Origin: a virus
Lineage: Duplodnaviria; Caudoviricetes
Strand: one strand, 5' to 3'
Virus record (IMG/VR): IMGVR_UViG_3300042523_000511
Span: 1 to 55,265 of that record
Length of the DNA: 55,265 nt
The position numbers and the translations under genes were made by a program. The number at the start of each line of letters is the position of its first letter. The first letter of the stretch is position 1. Positions 15,032-24,730 of the stretch are shown piece after piece. Below the pieces are notes generated by a model that made no database searches, was not told the origin of the DNA, and saw nothing but the letters and a program-made list of their open reading frames with translations.

Positions 15032-17941
15032 ATGGCTACCCTTCCAGAAACTACTCCTACTACCAATGCAGGTGACGATGATCGAGGCACCAACGCTGCC
15101 ACACGATCATTTACACAAACACAGTCAACCTCAGATTATGAAACTGGGTTTGAAGGAAGTGTTAGACAAGACCCCAGTGCCAATGATGACACCGGCGGAG
15201 TTGGACAAGTAGCTGTTCCTCCTACCAGTACTGGTGTTGGACAGTACGATGATGCCACTGGCGGAGCAGGCACAAATGTCAATCAAGCACCAAGTGATGA
15301 TGCAGGAGCATCATATGGTGGTGCCAGTCAAACAGAAAATGATGCGTTAAATCAAGCATTACTTCAACAAAGAACACAAACTGGAACCATTTCCACTGAT
15401 GGCAGCAATCAAGTAATAACTCCTCAAGCCAATGTATTGGATCGGTTTTCCAGCTACACCTATAGAGCCAGTTGGTATCTAATGACACCAGCACAATACA
15501 AGCAGTTGGTGTACAGCAAGAAAAAAACAGTGAATGGTTATATGTTGCTGGTGCAAAGCGGTGGAGCTCCACAAAACTCAGGCGGGTTCAAAGGTGCATT
15601 GGGCACACAACAAGGACAAGCATACCCCGACGGGTCAGTTGAGCCTAACAAGATTCCGGGTGCTAAGGATGCTGATGCTGGTCGCAATCCAGCATTTCCG
15701 TTAGACTTTTATATTGACTCTGTTACTATTGAAAATTTTCTCACAGGTGGTGGCACCAGAGCACCACATTCAACCAAAAGCATTAAATTTACCATAGTCG
15801 AAAACAATGGTATTACTTTGCTGGATAGACTGTACGAAGCAGTGCAAGACTTCATGCCTGCTAGCGGTCAAAAAAATGGTATCAACTACGCATCTGTAGT
15901 GTATCTCATGGTAATAAGATTTTACGGATATGACGAGCAAGGCAATTTGGTCACTAACATTAGCGGCAACAAGTCTGATCCCAATTCAGTGATTGAAAAA
16001 TTTATACCATTCAAAATTTCTAAATGTGACTGGACCATTGACAGTAAACTGGTCACCTACAGTTTTGAAGGACTTGCTCCTGGCGAAGGATCTGCTGCTG
16101 GAACTCGTCGTGGAACCATACCTTACAATATTGAATTGACTGCTGCTAACATTGGTGATTTGTTGGGACAAGATGTAAAATACTCTGCTACTCAAGCAGC
16201 CACAGCCACTCCAGGTGCAGCCACCACAAACAGTTCTGTGGGTTATGTAAGTGATGCTGAACAAATTGCTGCTGCCAATTTGGCAAACTCGCCGCCAAAA
16301 GCTGATGCAGCTCCCACAACAAAAAAGACCAGCATCACTCAAGGCCTCATGGGTGCAATGAATCAATTTCAACTAGATTTAAAAAATCAAGGTGTATATG
16401 AACAAGCAGATCAGTATGAGATTGTGTTTGCCAATCCAGGCCCAGGTGGCGGCGGCACTGCAATTAAAAATGCTAGATTGATTCCACCAGGAACAAAAAC
16501 AAATGCAAGGCAAACTGGAATGGTGCCACCTGCTACTACAGATCCAGATTCAGCTGCTATGGAGAGAATTTCTAAAGATATCAAAAGCAGAAATTATTCC
16601 ATCACTGCTGGTATGCAATTGGTTCAGGCTATTGAGCTTGCCATACGAAACAGCACGTTTGTGACTGATCAAAACGTTTTGTATTTTAACGAAGATGATG
16701 CCCTACAAGTCAAAAATGATGCCAACAAAAAAGACATTGTGTGGTTCAATATCACTTTTCAAGCAACACAACTAGAGTATGATAACAAACGCAATGATTA
16801 TGCACAAAAGATAACTTTTATAATCAACACCTACACTCCTATGAACTTTAGTAGCAATTACTATCCTATCAACAAGTTCCGTGGCTTGCACAAACAATAC
16901 AACTACTGGTTTACTGGCAAAAATACTGCGGTGATTGATTACAAAGAAACTATGAACAATCTCTACAATCTTACTATTAGTGGAGATCAGACCAAAGGCA
17001 ATCTTGCGTTTCAGCAACGCAAGGCTTTTACCAGCAGCATGAGAGATCAACCCTTTTACAATTTTCAAACAGCCAGCGCAGAAAACAGTGCCGGTGATAA
17101 TGGCAAACAAAATGAACCACAAGCCAACTTGGCCGAAAGTCTGTATGATCCAGTTGGCCTGGCCAACTGTAATGTTAAAATTGTAGGCGATCCTGCATGG
17201 ATACAACAAGGTAGTTTTGCGGGTGGAGTCAGCGCAAAAGAATTTGATTTCAATGCATTCTTACCCGACGGCACTATAAATTTTGATGCTAGAGAAGTCA
17301 TGTTTGAGATAGCATGGCAACGGCCACAAGACTATGATATCAATACAGGTCTTGCTGATCCGTATGCTGGATCTAGTTCACGACAACCAGTGCAAAGCCG
17401 AGTCTACACTGCCATGCAGTGTACTAGTGAGTTCAGTAAAGGTAGTTTTTATCAAAATCTTCAAGGCAAGTTGTATTTCTTTATGAAACCCAATGCTTCC
17501 AACAAAGCGGCCACAGCACCACCACCTGCAACTCAAGCTGATGTGAGAAGAATAGACAATGCAACAACATCAGACAACCCTAGTGCTGCCAATGCTTCAG
17601 CAGCCGCAGCTGGAGCCAGTGGACGACCCACAACACTGGCTGTGCCAGCGTTAAGTGCTGGTCCTGGCAGTGGCACACCAAATGTGATAAATTCAGCACC
17701 GCCGGGACCAAAAGACACAGTGGTTCCTGCGCCACCACCACAGCCACCAACTAGCAATGGTATTATTGCAGGTATTAAAACTTTCTTCTCTCCACCTAAA
17801 CTTTCAGAAAATGCAGCGTCAGATATAAGAGCAATAGATAATGCAATTATAGCCGGCGACGATAGGGCGGCATTTGGAAGATTTAGACCACCCGGGCAAG
17901 GATGGCGAGGCAATCCACAAGTGATGGCCAAAGATGATTAA
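15032..17941 (+). CDS. Baseplate hub protein (gp27/gpD-like)
   Basis: Lies between the gp53-like and gp5-like genes; NVLDRFSSYTY, KIVGDPAW and Y...CTSEFSKGSFYQNL motifs; low-complexity termini. Confidence 0.55.
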   Translation: MATLPETTPTTNAGDDDRGTNAATRSFTQTQSTSDYETGFEGSVRQDPSANDDTGGVGQVAVPPTSTGVGQYDDATGGAGTNVNQAPSDDAGASYGGASQTENDALNQALLQQRTQTGTISTDGSNQVITPQANVLDRFSSYTYRASWYLMTPAQYKQLVYSKKKTVNGYMLLVQSGGAPQNSGGFKGALGTQQGQAYPDGSVEPNKIPGAKDADAGRNPAFPLDFYIDSVTIENFLTGGGTRAPHSTKSIKFTIVENNGITLLDRLYEAVQDFMPASGQKNGINYASVVYLMVIRFYGYDEQGNLVTNISGNKSDPNSVIEKFIPFKISKCDWTIDSKLVTYSFEGLAPGEGSAAGTRRGTIPYNIELTAANIGDLLGQDVKYSATQAATATPGAATTNSSVGYVSDAEQIAAANLANSPPKADAAPTTKKTSITQGLMGAMNQFQLDLKNQGVYEQADQYEIVFANPGPGGGGTAIKNARLIPPGTKTNARQTGMVPPATTDPDSAAMERISKDIKSRNYSITAGMQLVQAIELAIRNSTFVTDQNVLYFNEDDALQVKNDANKKDIVWFNITFQATQLEYDNKRNDYAQKITFIINTYTPMNFSSNYYPINKFRGLHKQYNYWFTGKNTAVIDYKETMNNLYNLTISGDQTKGNLAFQQRKAFTSSMRDQPFYNFQTASAENSAGDNGKQNEPQANLAESLYDPVGLANCNVKIVGDPAWIQQGSFAGGVSAKEFDFNAFLPDGTINFDAREVMFEIAWQRPQDYDINTGLADPYAGSSSRQPVQSRVYTAMQCTSEFSKGSFYQNLQGKLYFFMKPNASNKAATAPPPATQADVRRIDNATTSDNPSAANASAAAAGASGRPTTLAVPALSAGPGSGTPNVINSAPPGPKDTVVPAPPPQPPTSNGIIAGIKTFFSPPKLSENAASDIRAIDNAIIAGDDRAAFGRFRPPGQGWRGNPQVMAKDD

Positions 17942-17953
17942 CAAGGAATTGTA

Positions 17954-19468
17954 ATGGCAACAGAAGTACAACGCAGTAGAGGGCGCCCCACAAACTACAA
18001 ATTTGATCGAGGAGGTGTACCTGCGGAGTTTGGTCCATTCTATGGCATAGTAAAAAACACCACAGACTCAATAAGATCCGGACGCATACAAGTTTATATT
18101 GACGCATTTTCCAATGGCGGTGAGAACGAACCTTCAAAATGGATCACAGTAAGCTACATGCCGCAGTTCTTTGGATCAACTCCCTACAACCCTGCGGCAA
18201 CGGGTGTAGGAAAATACATTGACGGTAATTCCAACAGTTACGGCATGTGGTTTACTCCCCCAGATGTGGGTATCACAGTGCTTTGTGTTTTTGTAAATGG
18301 TGACCGCAGTCAAGGCTATTATATTGGCACTGCACCAGATCAAAGCATTGGCCACATGGTTCCTGCTGTTGGATCTGCCCCAGTTAGAACTCAGGTAATT
18401 GCAGAAAATGAAAATCAAGCAGCGTATTTTAAAGGAGCAGAACAATTACCAGTGGTCGAAATCAATACCAATAATCTTGCGTTTGAAGAAAACGCAAGAT
18501 TTTTTGATGCTCCGAAGCCCATTCAAAGTGTAGTGGCAGAAACCATGTTCCGGCAAGGCTTGATTAAAGATCCACAACGTGGTCCTATATCAAGTTCAAG
18601 CCAGAGAGAAAGTCCCAGTGCTGTGTTTGGTGTTAGCACACCTGGACCAGCGGTTTACAAAGGTGGCATGAAACTGGGTGAGATACAACGAAAAGTTGCA
18701 GCCGGACAATTAAAACCTCAAGACCTTAATGTTATTGGGCGTGTGGGTGGTCACAGCATTGTGATGGACGATGGCGACACTGATGGCAATACTAGACTGA
18801 TAAGATTTAGAACCACAGCTGGACATCAAATCACAATGAGTGACAGTGGAGATTTTTTCTACATTACACATGCTAATGGTCTGGCTTGGTTTGAACTTGG
18901 TGCTCAAGGCACACTAGATGTGTATGCCACAAACAGCATAAACTTACGCACACGTGGAGATATTAATTTGCATGCTGATAGAGATATTAACATGTATGCA
19001 GGCGGTAGCATAAAAGCCAAAGCTGTGGAAAATATTACATTGCAAGCTGATGCAGACCTTACAGCTATTGCACAACAAAATTTAAAACTGTACAGCAAAA
19101 ATTACATTGGCGTAAAAGCTGATGGCAGTTTAGCGTTACAAAGTGCCAACGGCAGTTGGGCAGGCGGCAGCGCATTGATATTTGAAGCCGGCGGCATTGA
19201 TCTCAACGGACCTGCTGCCAGCACAGTATCTGCTCCTAATAACTTAACTGTGACCAAATTGGACGACACTACGTTTAGTAGTGCCACTGGGTGGAATGTT
19301 GAAACAGGCGGATTAGAAAGTATTGTAACTCGAGCACCCACACACGAGCCATATCCTTACCACAACAAGGGTGTGGACATTGAAATTCCGTTAGAAGCAG
19401 GGCAACCGCCACCTAACCCAGGTGCTGTACCTGTGCCAGCTGGATTTGAATTGGCAAGAAAAGCATGA
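17954..19468 (+). CDS. gp5: gp5/VgrG-like central spike (OB fold plus beta-helix, no lysozyme domain)
   Basis: D..RSGRIQVYI, YGMWFTPPDVG, GHSIVMDD and TAGHQITMSD, beta-helix repeats, C-terminal PTHEPYPYH. Confidence 0.8.
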   Translation: MATEVQRSRGRPTNYKFDRGGVPAEFGPFYGIVKNTTDSIRSGRIQVYIDAFSNGGENEPSKWITVSYMPQFFGSTPYNPAATGVGKYIDGNSNSYGMWFTPPDVGITVLCVFVNGDRSQGYYIGTAPDQSIGHMVPAVGSAPVRTQVIAENENQAAYFKGAEQLPVVEINTNNLAFEENARFFDAPKPIQSVVAETMFRQGLIKDPQRGPISSSSQRESPSAVFGVSTPGPAVYKGGMKLGEIQRKVAAGQLKPQDLNVIGRVGGHSIVMDDGDTDGNTRLIRFRTTAGHQITMSDSGDFFYITHANGLAWFELGAQGTLDVYATNSINLRTRGDINLHADRDINMYAGGSIKAKAVENITLQADADLTAIAQQNLKLYSKNYIGVKADGSLALQSANGSWAGGSALIFEAGGIDLNGPAASTVSAPNNLTVTKLDDTTFSSATGWNVETGGLESIVTRAPTHEPYPYHNKGVDIEIPLEAGQPPPNPGAVPVPAGFELARKA

Positions 19469-20844
19469 GCATATTTAATTTTGAATTCAATGGTCAAAAG
19501 TTTGAAGTCAAGGCGCCTACTGGTGCTACTTTCGAACAGGCCAAGGCAGTGTTTGATCAACAAACAGCCAGTGGTGGCCTTACAGGATTCAGAGTTGGTG
19601 ATGTATTAAGTCCTGCCACGCAAGCAGCCGGTGGCCTAGCAGCCGCACAAAGCCAACTCACACAAGGTCTAGCATCGTTAACCAGCCGATTGCCTGCTGG
19701 CACAAATCTAAACAGTCTCACAGCCAGCATAGGAACACTTGGCCAAGGTGCTGGTACACAAGTGGCCAGCGCACTACAAGGCGGCGCGGCTGCATTCAAT
19801 TCATTGACTACTGGAGCAGGTGGCGGCACCGCTGCTATCAGTTCAGCATTGTCAGGAGCTGGCACTGGGTTTTCTTTTCCGTCAGCACCGGCTATTACCG
19901 GTGCGTTAACTGGCGCCGCAGCTCGAGCAGGCAGTTTGGCTAGCACCGCAGTTGGTACCATATCTGGATTGATTAAAGGAACTCCTACAAGTGGTATCAA
20001 TGTGGCAGACTTTGCCAAACAAGGACCAGCATTAACTGGACTTGGTAGCATGAGTTTGCCCGATGTAACAAGCACATTGGCTCAAGCGTCAAAGTTGGTA
20101 GGTCAAAGTGCAGACACTATTAGTAACACAGCAGGTGCAGGTAAATTTGGACTTGATGCCAGTCAACTTGAACGGTGGGGTCTTGTTAAACCAGGAACTG
20201 CTGCTACATTTTTAGCACAAGGTGGCAATGATCTTACTAGTGTGTTAAAAAGTCCCACAGTGTGGACTGGCAGAGATGGTGTGAAAAGTCTTGATGGGTT
20301 GCTGGGCAATGAAGGGCTTCAAAACAAAATTCAGCAAGGATTGATGACTTCGGGTGTGGCTGACTTAAAATCACTGGGAATTCCCACAGACAAATTAACA
20401 CCACAAGCACTTAGCGGTCTGGCCACCAATGCTGCAAAGAGTGTGCCTGACACACTAAATTGGGCCAAAAATACTCCTGGGTTACCGGCTGACATCAAAT
20501 CCAAATTTGATGCTGCCGCAGTTAATGGTGCGTTTGCTGTAAATTTGGCGCAAACTAAAATAGACCCGTCCATGCTTCAGGAGTATACACCTATAGCTGC
20601 TATTGATACTGTAAATACAGACACACTTGAAGCAGCCGCTAAACGCATTGTGGGTAATGCCAAAGTGCCTAGTATTTTGCCAGTAGCCATAGAATCTAGT
20701 GCTTATTCCAATACCAAAGATGAAGATTTAATTTACACTGGAAATGACGAGATAGTGTGGGATCGAGTCAATGCTGAAAGACTGCGTCGGGGACTGCCAA
20801 GTTTGACTGCAATAGGGTTTCCAAGGCCCGAAACTACCGCATAA
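19465..20844 (+). CDS. Gly/Ala-rich baseplate-associated protein with a possible degenerate lysozyme-like domain
   Basis: GKFGLDASQLERWGLVKPG...WTGRDGVKSLDGLL.N..LQ motif; lies between the gp5-like and gp25-like genes. Confidence 0.4.
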   Translation: MSIFNFEFNGQKFEVKAPTGATFEQAKAVFDQQTASGGLTGFRVGDVLSPATQAAGGLAAAQSQLTQGLASLTSRLPAGTNLNSLTASIGTLGQGAGTQVASALQGGAAAFNSLTTGAGGGTAAISSALSGAGTGFSFPSAPAITGALTGAAARAGSLASTAVGTISGLIKGTPTSGINVADFAKQGPALTGLGSMSLPDVTSTLAQASKLVGQSADTISNTAGAGKFGLDASQLERWGLVKPGTAATFLAQGGNDLTSVLKSPTVWTGRDGVKSLDGLLGNEGLQNKIQQGLMTSGVADLKSLGIPTDKLTPQALSGLATNAAKSVPDTLNWAKNTPGLPADIKSKFDAAAVNGAFAVNLAQTKIDPSMLQEYTPIAAIDTVNTDTLEAAAKRIVGNAKVPSILPVAIESSAYSNTKDEDLIYTGNDEIVWDRVNAERLRRGLPSLTAIGFPRPETTA

Positions 20845-20847
20845 ATA
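20840..20847 (+). promoter_or_regulatory. Late promoter (CATAAATA) before gp25
   Basis: Overlaps the upstream stop codon; ends 5 nt before the ATG. Confidence 0.55.
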
Positions 20848-20852
20848 TTGTT

Positions 20853-21227
20853 ATGACTACTTTTGTTGGCTTCAACACTCAAAATCAATACAAAAAATTC
20901 ACACTAGTGGACTTTGAATTGATCAAGCGAGATCTGCTGAATGCATTTAACATTCGCCAAGGACAACTGCCCGGCCGTCCAGGATATGGCACAGTGCTAT
21001 GGAATTATCTATTTGAAAATCAAGTTGATGCTGTTCAGCAAGGCATTATTAACGAAGTTCAAAGAGTTGCTGGCGGTGATCCTAGAATATTCATCAGTAA
21101 CATCAATGTGTATCCTCAAGAGAATGGCATGCTAATCGAATTAGAACTACAAACAGTAGGCGGCGTAGATGCCGAAATATTAAATGTGTTCTTCAATCAA
21201 GTCAGCCGTTCAGCCAGCTACGTATAA
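20853..21227 (+). CDS. gp25: gp25-like baseplate wedge / sheath initiator
   Basis: LIKRDLLNAFNIRQGQLPGRPGYGT.LW.YLFE and DPRI: GPW/gp25 family pattern. Confidence 0.9.
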   Translation: MTTFVGFNTQNQYKKFTLVDFELIKRDLLNAFNIRQGQLPGRPGYGTVLWNYLFENQVDAVQQGIINEVQRVAGGDPRIFISNINVYPQENGMLIELELQTVGGVDAEILNVFFNQVSRSASYV

Positions 21228-21246
21228 CTACGCCGTTTTTTATCTA

Positions 21247-21254
21247 CATAAATA
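21247..21254 (+). promoter_or_regulatory. Late promoter (CATAAATA) before gp6
   Basis: Intergenic, 29 nt upstream of the ATG at 21284. Confidence 0.65.
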
Positions 21255-21283
21255 ACAGATAAAGAACACAAGGCCCAGACGCA

Positions 21284-24200
21284 ATGGCAAAAACCACTAG
21301 ACAAACAGCGATATTTGGTGTAGAAGACTGGAAACAGATCTATCAAACCTATCGCGAAGCAGACTTCCAAAGCTATGACTTTGAAACTCTACGCAAGAGT
21401 TTTACTGATTACCTGCGTTTGTACTATCCAGAGACGTTCAATGACTACATTGAATCATCAGAATACATTGCACTATTAGATGTTATTGCGTTTATGGGCC
21501 AAGCCCTGGCTTTCCGTACAGATCTCAACACAAGAGAAAATTATTTAGACACAGCAGAACGCAGAGATTCTGTGACCAGACTGGCTAACTTGGTTAGCTA
21601 TACTGCCAAACGTAACACAGCCGCACAGGGCTTGCTCAAAGCATTTTCAGTGACCACAACAGAAAATGTTGTGGATTACAACGGAGTTAATCTGGCCAAC
21701 GTCACAGTGAACTGGGCAGATCCCACAAACTTTGACTGGTTGGAACAGTGGAATGCTATTGTGAATTCGTCCTTGGTCAGCAGTCAAAAGATTGGTCGTC
21801 CGTCCAGCCGTCAAACTATCTTGGGTGTAGATACCAGTGAATACGGTATAAATCTAGTGCCAGGCTTTCTGCCAGTTATTCCTTATACTGCTACTGTGGA
21901 CGGCGTAAACATGCCGTTTGAAGCTACAACTTCAAGCACAGCCGGCCGAGATTACATCTATGAACCCAGTCCAAAGCCTAACACCACATTTAATGTGTTG
22001 TATCGCAATGATCAATTGGGATATCAAAGTGCCAACAACGGATTCTTCTTTTTCTTCAAGCAAGGCACATTGCAGAATCAAGACTTTAACTTGGCTGAAC
22101 GCATTGCCAATCGTACAGTGAATATCAACATTGATGGTGTTAACAACGAAGACCGTTGGTTATTTCAACTAGACAATGTAGGCAGTGTCAGCCGAGAGTG
22201 GACATACACTGAAAACATTTATTCATCGGCCGCAGAACAAACTGCAACACTAAGACCTATTTTTTCTGTGACCAGCAGAACCAATGACCAGATTACTATG
22301 GTGTTTGGTGATGGTGTATTCTCTGAGATTCCAGTGGGTATCTTCCGTGCGTATGTTCGTGCGTCAAACGGCTTGCAATACATTATTAATCCTGCTGAAA
22401 TGCAGAATGTGGTGCTGCCAATCAGTTACATTGACCGGAATGGTAATCTGCAAACAATTACTTTTACTTGTGGTATCACACAACCTGTAAGCAATGCTCA
22501 AAGTCGTGAAAGCATTGATGCGATCAAACAACGTGCTCCAGCAAGATACTACACACAAAACCGCATGGTCAACGGTGAAGACTATAATCTGTTTCCGTTT
22601 ACTCTTTACAATTCTATTATCAAATCAAAAGCAGTGAACCGTGCTTCAATTGGTACCAGTCGCTATCTTGATCTTGTGGACAACACAGGCAAGTATTCAT
22701 CAACCAATACATTTTCTAGCGACGGCGGCATCTGGGAAAATAATATTCTTCCTACCACATTGTTTGCATGGACCAATCGCAATGAAATTGCTGACCTTAT
22801 TACCAACACAATACAACCAACTATTATTGAAGCTACATTTATACAATTTTACTATGCAAACTTTCCAAGGATAACTGTAAACACTGGTGTCACCGCTCTA
22901 AGCACTTGGCACCAAAGCACAACATTGGCTAATGAAACCACAGGCTATTTTCAAAACGCAGTGGGTACACCAGTCATGGTTGGAACTTCAAGCAGCACTG
23001 CATTCAAATATGTTGCACAAAAAAGTTTGATCAAGTTTGTTCCTCCAGTTATCGATGGACAACCATATTATTTTGACGCTAACAATAGATTGAAACCTGG
23101 ACTGCCAACAAGACCAGAAGACCATTTGGAAATTTGGGCTAGTCCGCTTGCAATAGTAGGAGATGGCAGCAATGATGGCATTGGTAATTTAACCAATGGT
23201 CAAGGTCCTGTAGCACTCAACAATTTTGTGCCTACTGGTGCTGTTGTAGATACTATTATTCCTGTATTTCTCACAGACTTGACTCCCGCTATAAGAGAAC
23301 AAATAACACAACAAATTTTGTTGTATAGAAATTTTGGTCTTGGCTATGACAATGATGGCACTATTACAGGCACACCAGGAACTTGGTATGTTATTACCAG
23401 CACCAATTTGAACGCCGACGCAACATGGAGTCAAACGTATGCGGGCAACACATCGGGGCAAAATTTAGATGCTTCATGGATAATTCAGTTTGTAGCAGTA
23501 GACAACAAATACACAATCACATTCCGTGGGCTTGCATATTACTTTGGCTCGGTGCTACAAACAAGATTTTTCTTTTACGGTAACCAAAAAATCTATGACA
23601 GCCGCACAGGCACCACCATTAGAGACTTTATTAATGTGTTGGCAGTAAACACCAAACCAGACAGCTCGTCACCACTGCCTGGAGATATTTTCACTACTAT
23701 CATTGGCCAACCTGTGGAGTCTGACGGCTATGTTGATGACTTCCAGGTGTTAATCAGCTACAGAGATTCAGACTCAGACGGGGTGCCAGACAATCCAGAC
23801 TTCTTCAATGAGATTGTTGCACCTAATGTTAACCCTAATCTCAAATTGGTGTTCTTGCAACGAACTGTGGACTTTGATAATTTGCAAAGATATTTGTTAG
23901 CTGAACCAGGAGTGGTAAATTCAGACTATCCTACCTACGATAATATTGAATTGGTAAAATTTCAGTATTCTCCAGGGCAAGTTTTCTACGCCTATAGCGA
24001 TGAATTATTTTTTACATTAACAGTTAATACCGCTGGAGTTAGAGTAATAACTCAAGCTGCTGAAGGTGATTGGATTGCCAGAACAGGACGCCAGGCCTTG
24101 TACTTCCAGTACCGTCATAACTCGCCACTGACCAATAGAATTGACCCAGGCACCACTAACATCATTGACTTGTATGTAGTCACACAAGCATACTACACTG

Positions 24201-24730
24201 CCTATCAAAATTGGATCACAGATACCACTGGGACAGTGACAGAACCCAACATGCCCACAATTGATGAACTTGGCACTGAGTATCAAGGACTAAACGAATA
24301 CAAGATGCTGAGTGACAACATTATTTTGAATTCTGTAGTGTTCAAACCTTTGTTTGGTCCAAAAGCAGCCAAGACATTGCAGGCCACAATCAAAGTTATC
24401 CGTGCTCAGAATTCCACAGCCAGCACCAGTGAAATACAAAGTTCTGTGTTGGCTGCAATGAATGAGTACTTTAGCATTGACAAATGGAATTTTGGTGACA
24501 CATTCTATTTTTCAGAACTGGCAGCATATCTGCACAGATATCTTGGAACCATAATCAGTTCAGTGGTGCTAGTACCACTAGACACACAAAAATACTTTGG
24601 CGACATGTACGAAGTAAGAGCAGAACCCAGTGAAATATTTGTCAATGGCGCTACTATTGACAATATTATTGTTATTGATGCATTGACCAGTACCAACTTG
24701 CGTACTGCACCTGGTAGCGGAGTAATTTAA
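21284..24730 (+). CDS. gp6: gp6-like baseplate wedge protein (extended)
   Basis: YDFETLRK, ENYLDTAERRDSV.RLA..VSY, FGDG, ESIDAIKQRAP..Y.TQNRMVNGEDY. Confidence 0.85.
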   Translation: MAKTTRQTAIFGVEDWKQIYQTYREADFQSYDFETLRKSFTDYLRLYYPETFNDYIESSEYIALLDVIAFMGQALAFRTDLNTRENYLDTAERRDSVTRLANLVSYTAKRNTAAQGLLKAFSVTTTENVVDYNGVNLANVTVNWADPTNFDWLEQWNAIVNSSLVSSQKIGRPSSRQTILGVDTSEYGINLVPGFLPVIPYTATVDGVNMPFEATTSSTAGRDYIYEPSPKPNTTFNVLYRNDQLGYQSANNGFFFFFKQGTLQNQDFNLAERIANRTVNINIDGVNNEDRWLFQLDNVGSVSREWTYTENIYSSAAEQTATLRPIFSVTSRTNDQITMVFGDGVFSEIPVGIFRAYVRASNGLQYIINPAEMQNVVLPISYIDRNGNLQTITFTCGITQPVSNAQSRESIDAIKQRAPARYYTQNRMVNGEDYNLFPFTLYNSIIKSKAVNRASIGTSRYLDLVDNTGKYSSTNTFSSDGGIWENNILPTTLFAWTNRNEIADLITNTIQPTIIEATFIQFYYANFPRITVNTGVTALSTWHQSTTLANETTGYFQNAVGTPVMVGTSSSTAFKYVAQKSLIKFVPPVIDGQPYYFDANNRLKPGLPTRPEDHLEIWASPLAIVGDGSNDGIGNLTNGQGPVALNNFVPTGAVVDTIIPVFLTDLTPAIREQITQQILLYRNFGLGYDNDGTITGTPGTWYVITSTNLNADATWSQTYAGNTSGQNLDASWIIQFVAVDNKYTITFRGLAYYFGSVLQTRFFFYGNQKIYDSRTGTTIRDFINVLAVNTKPDSSSPLPGDIFTTIIGQPVESDGYVDDFQVLISYRDSDSDGVPDNPDFFNEIVAPNVNPNLKLVFLQRTVDFDNLQRYLLAEPGVVNSDYPTYDNIELVKFQYSPGQVFYAYSDELFFTLTVNTAGVRVITQAAEGDWIARTGRQALYFQYRHNSPLTNRIDPGTTNIIDLYVVTQAYYTAYQNWITDTTGTVTEPNMPTIDELGTEYQGLNEYKMLSDNIILNSVVFKPLFGPKAAKTLQATIKVIRAQNSTASTSEIQSSVLAAMNEYFSIDKWNFGDTFYFSELAAYLHRYLGTIISSVVLVPLDTQKYFGDMYEVRAEPSEIFVNGATIDNIIVIDALTSTNLRTAPGSGVI

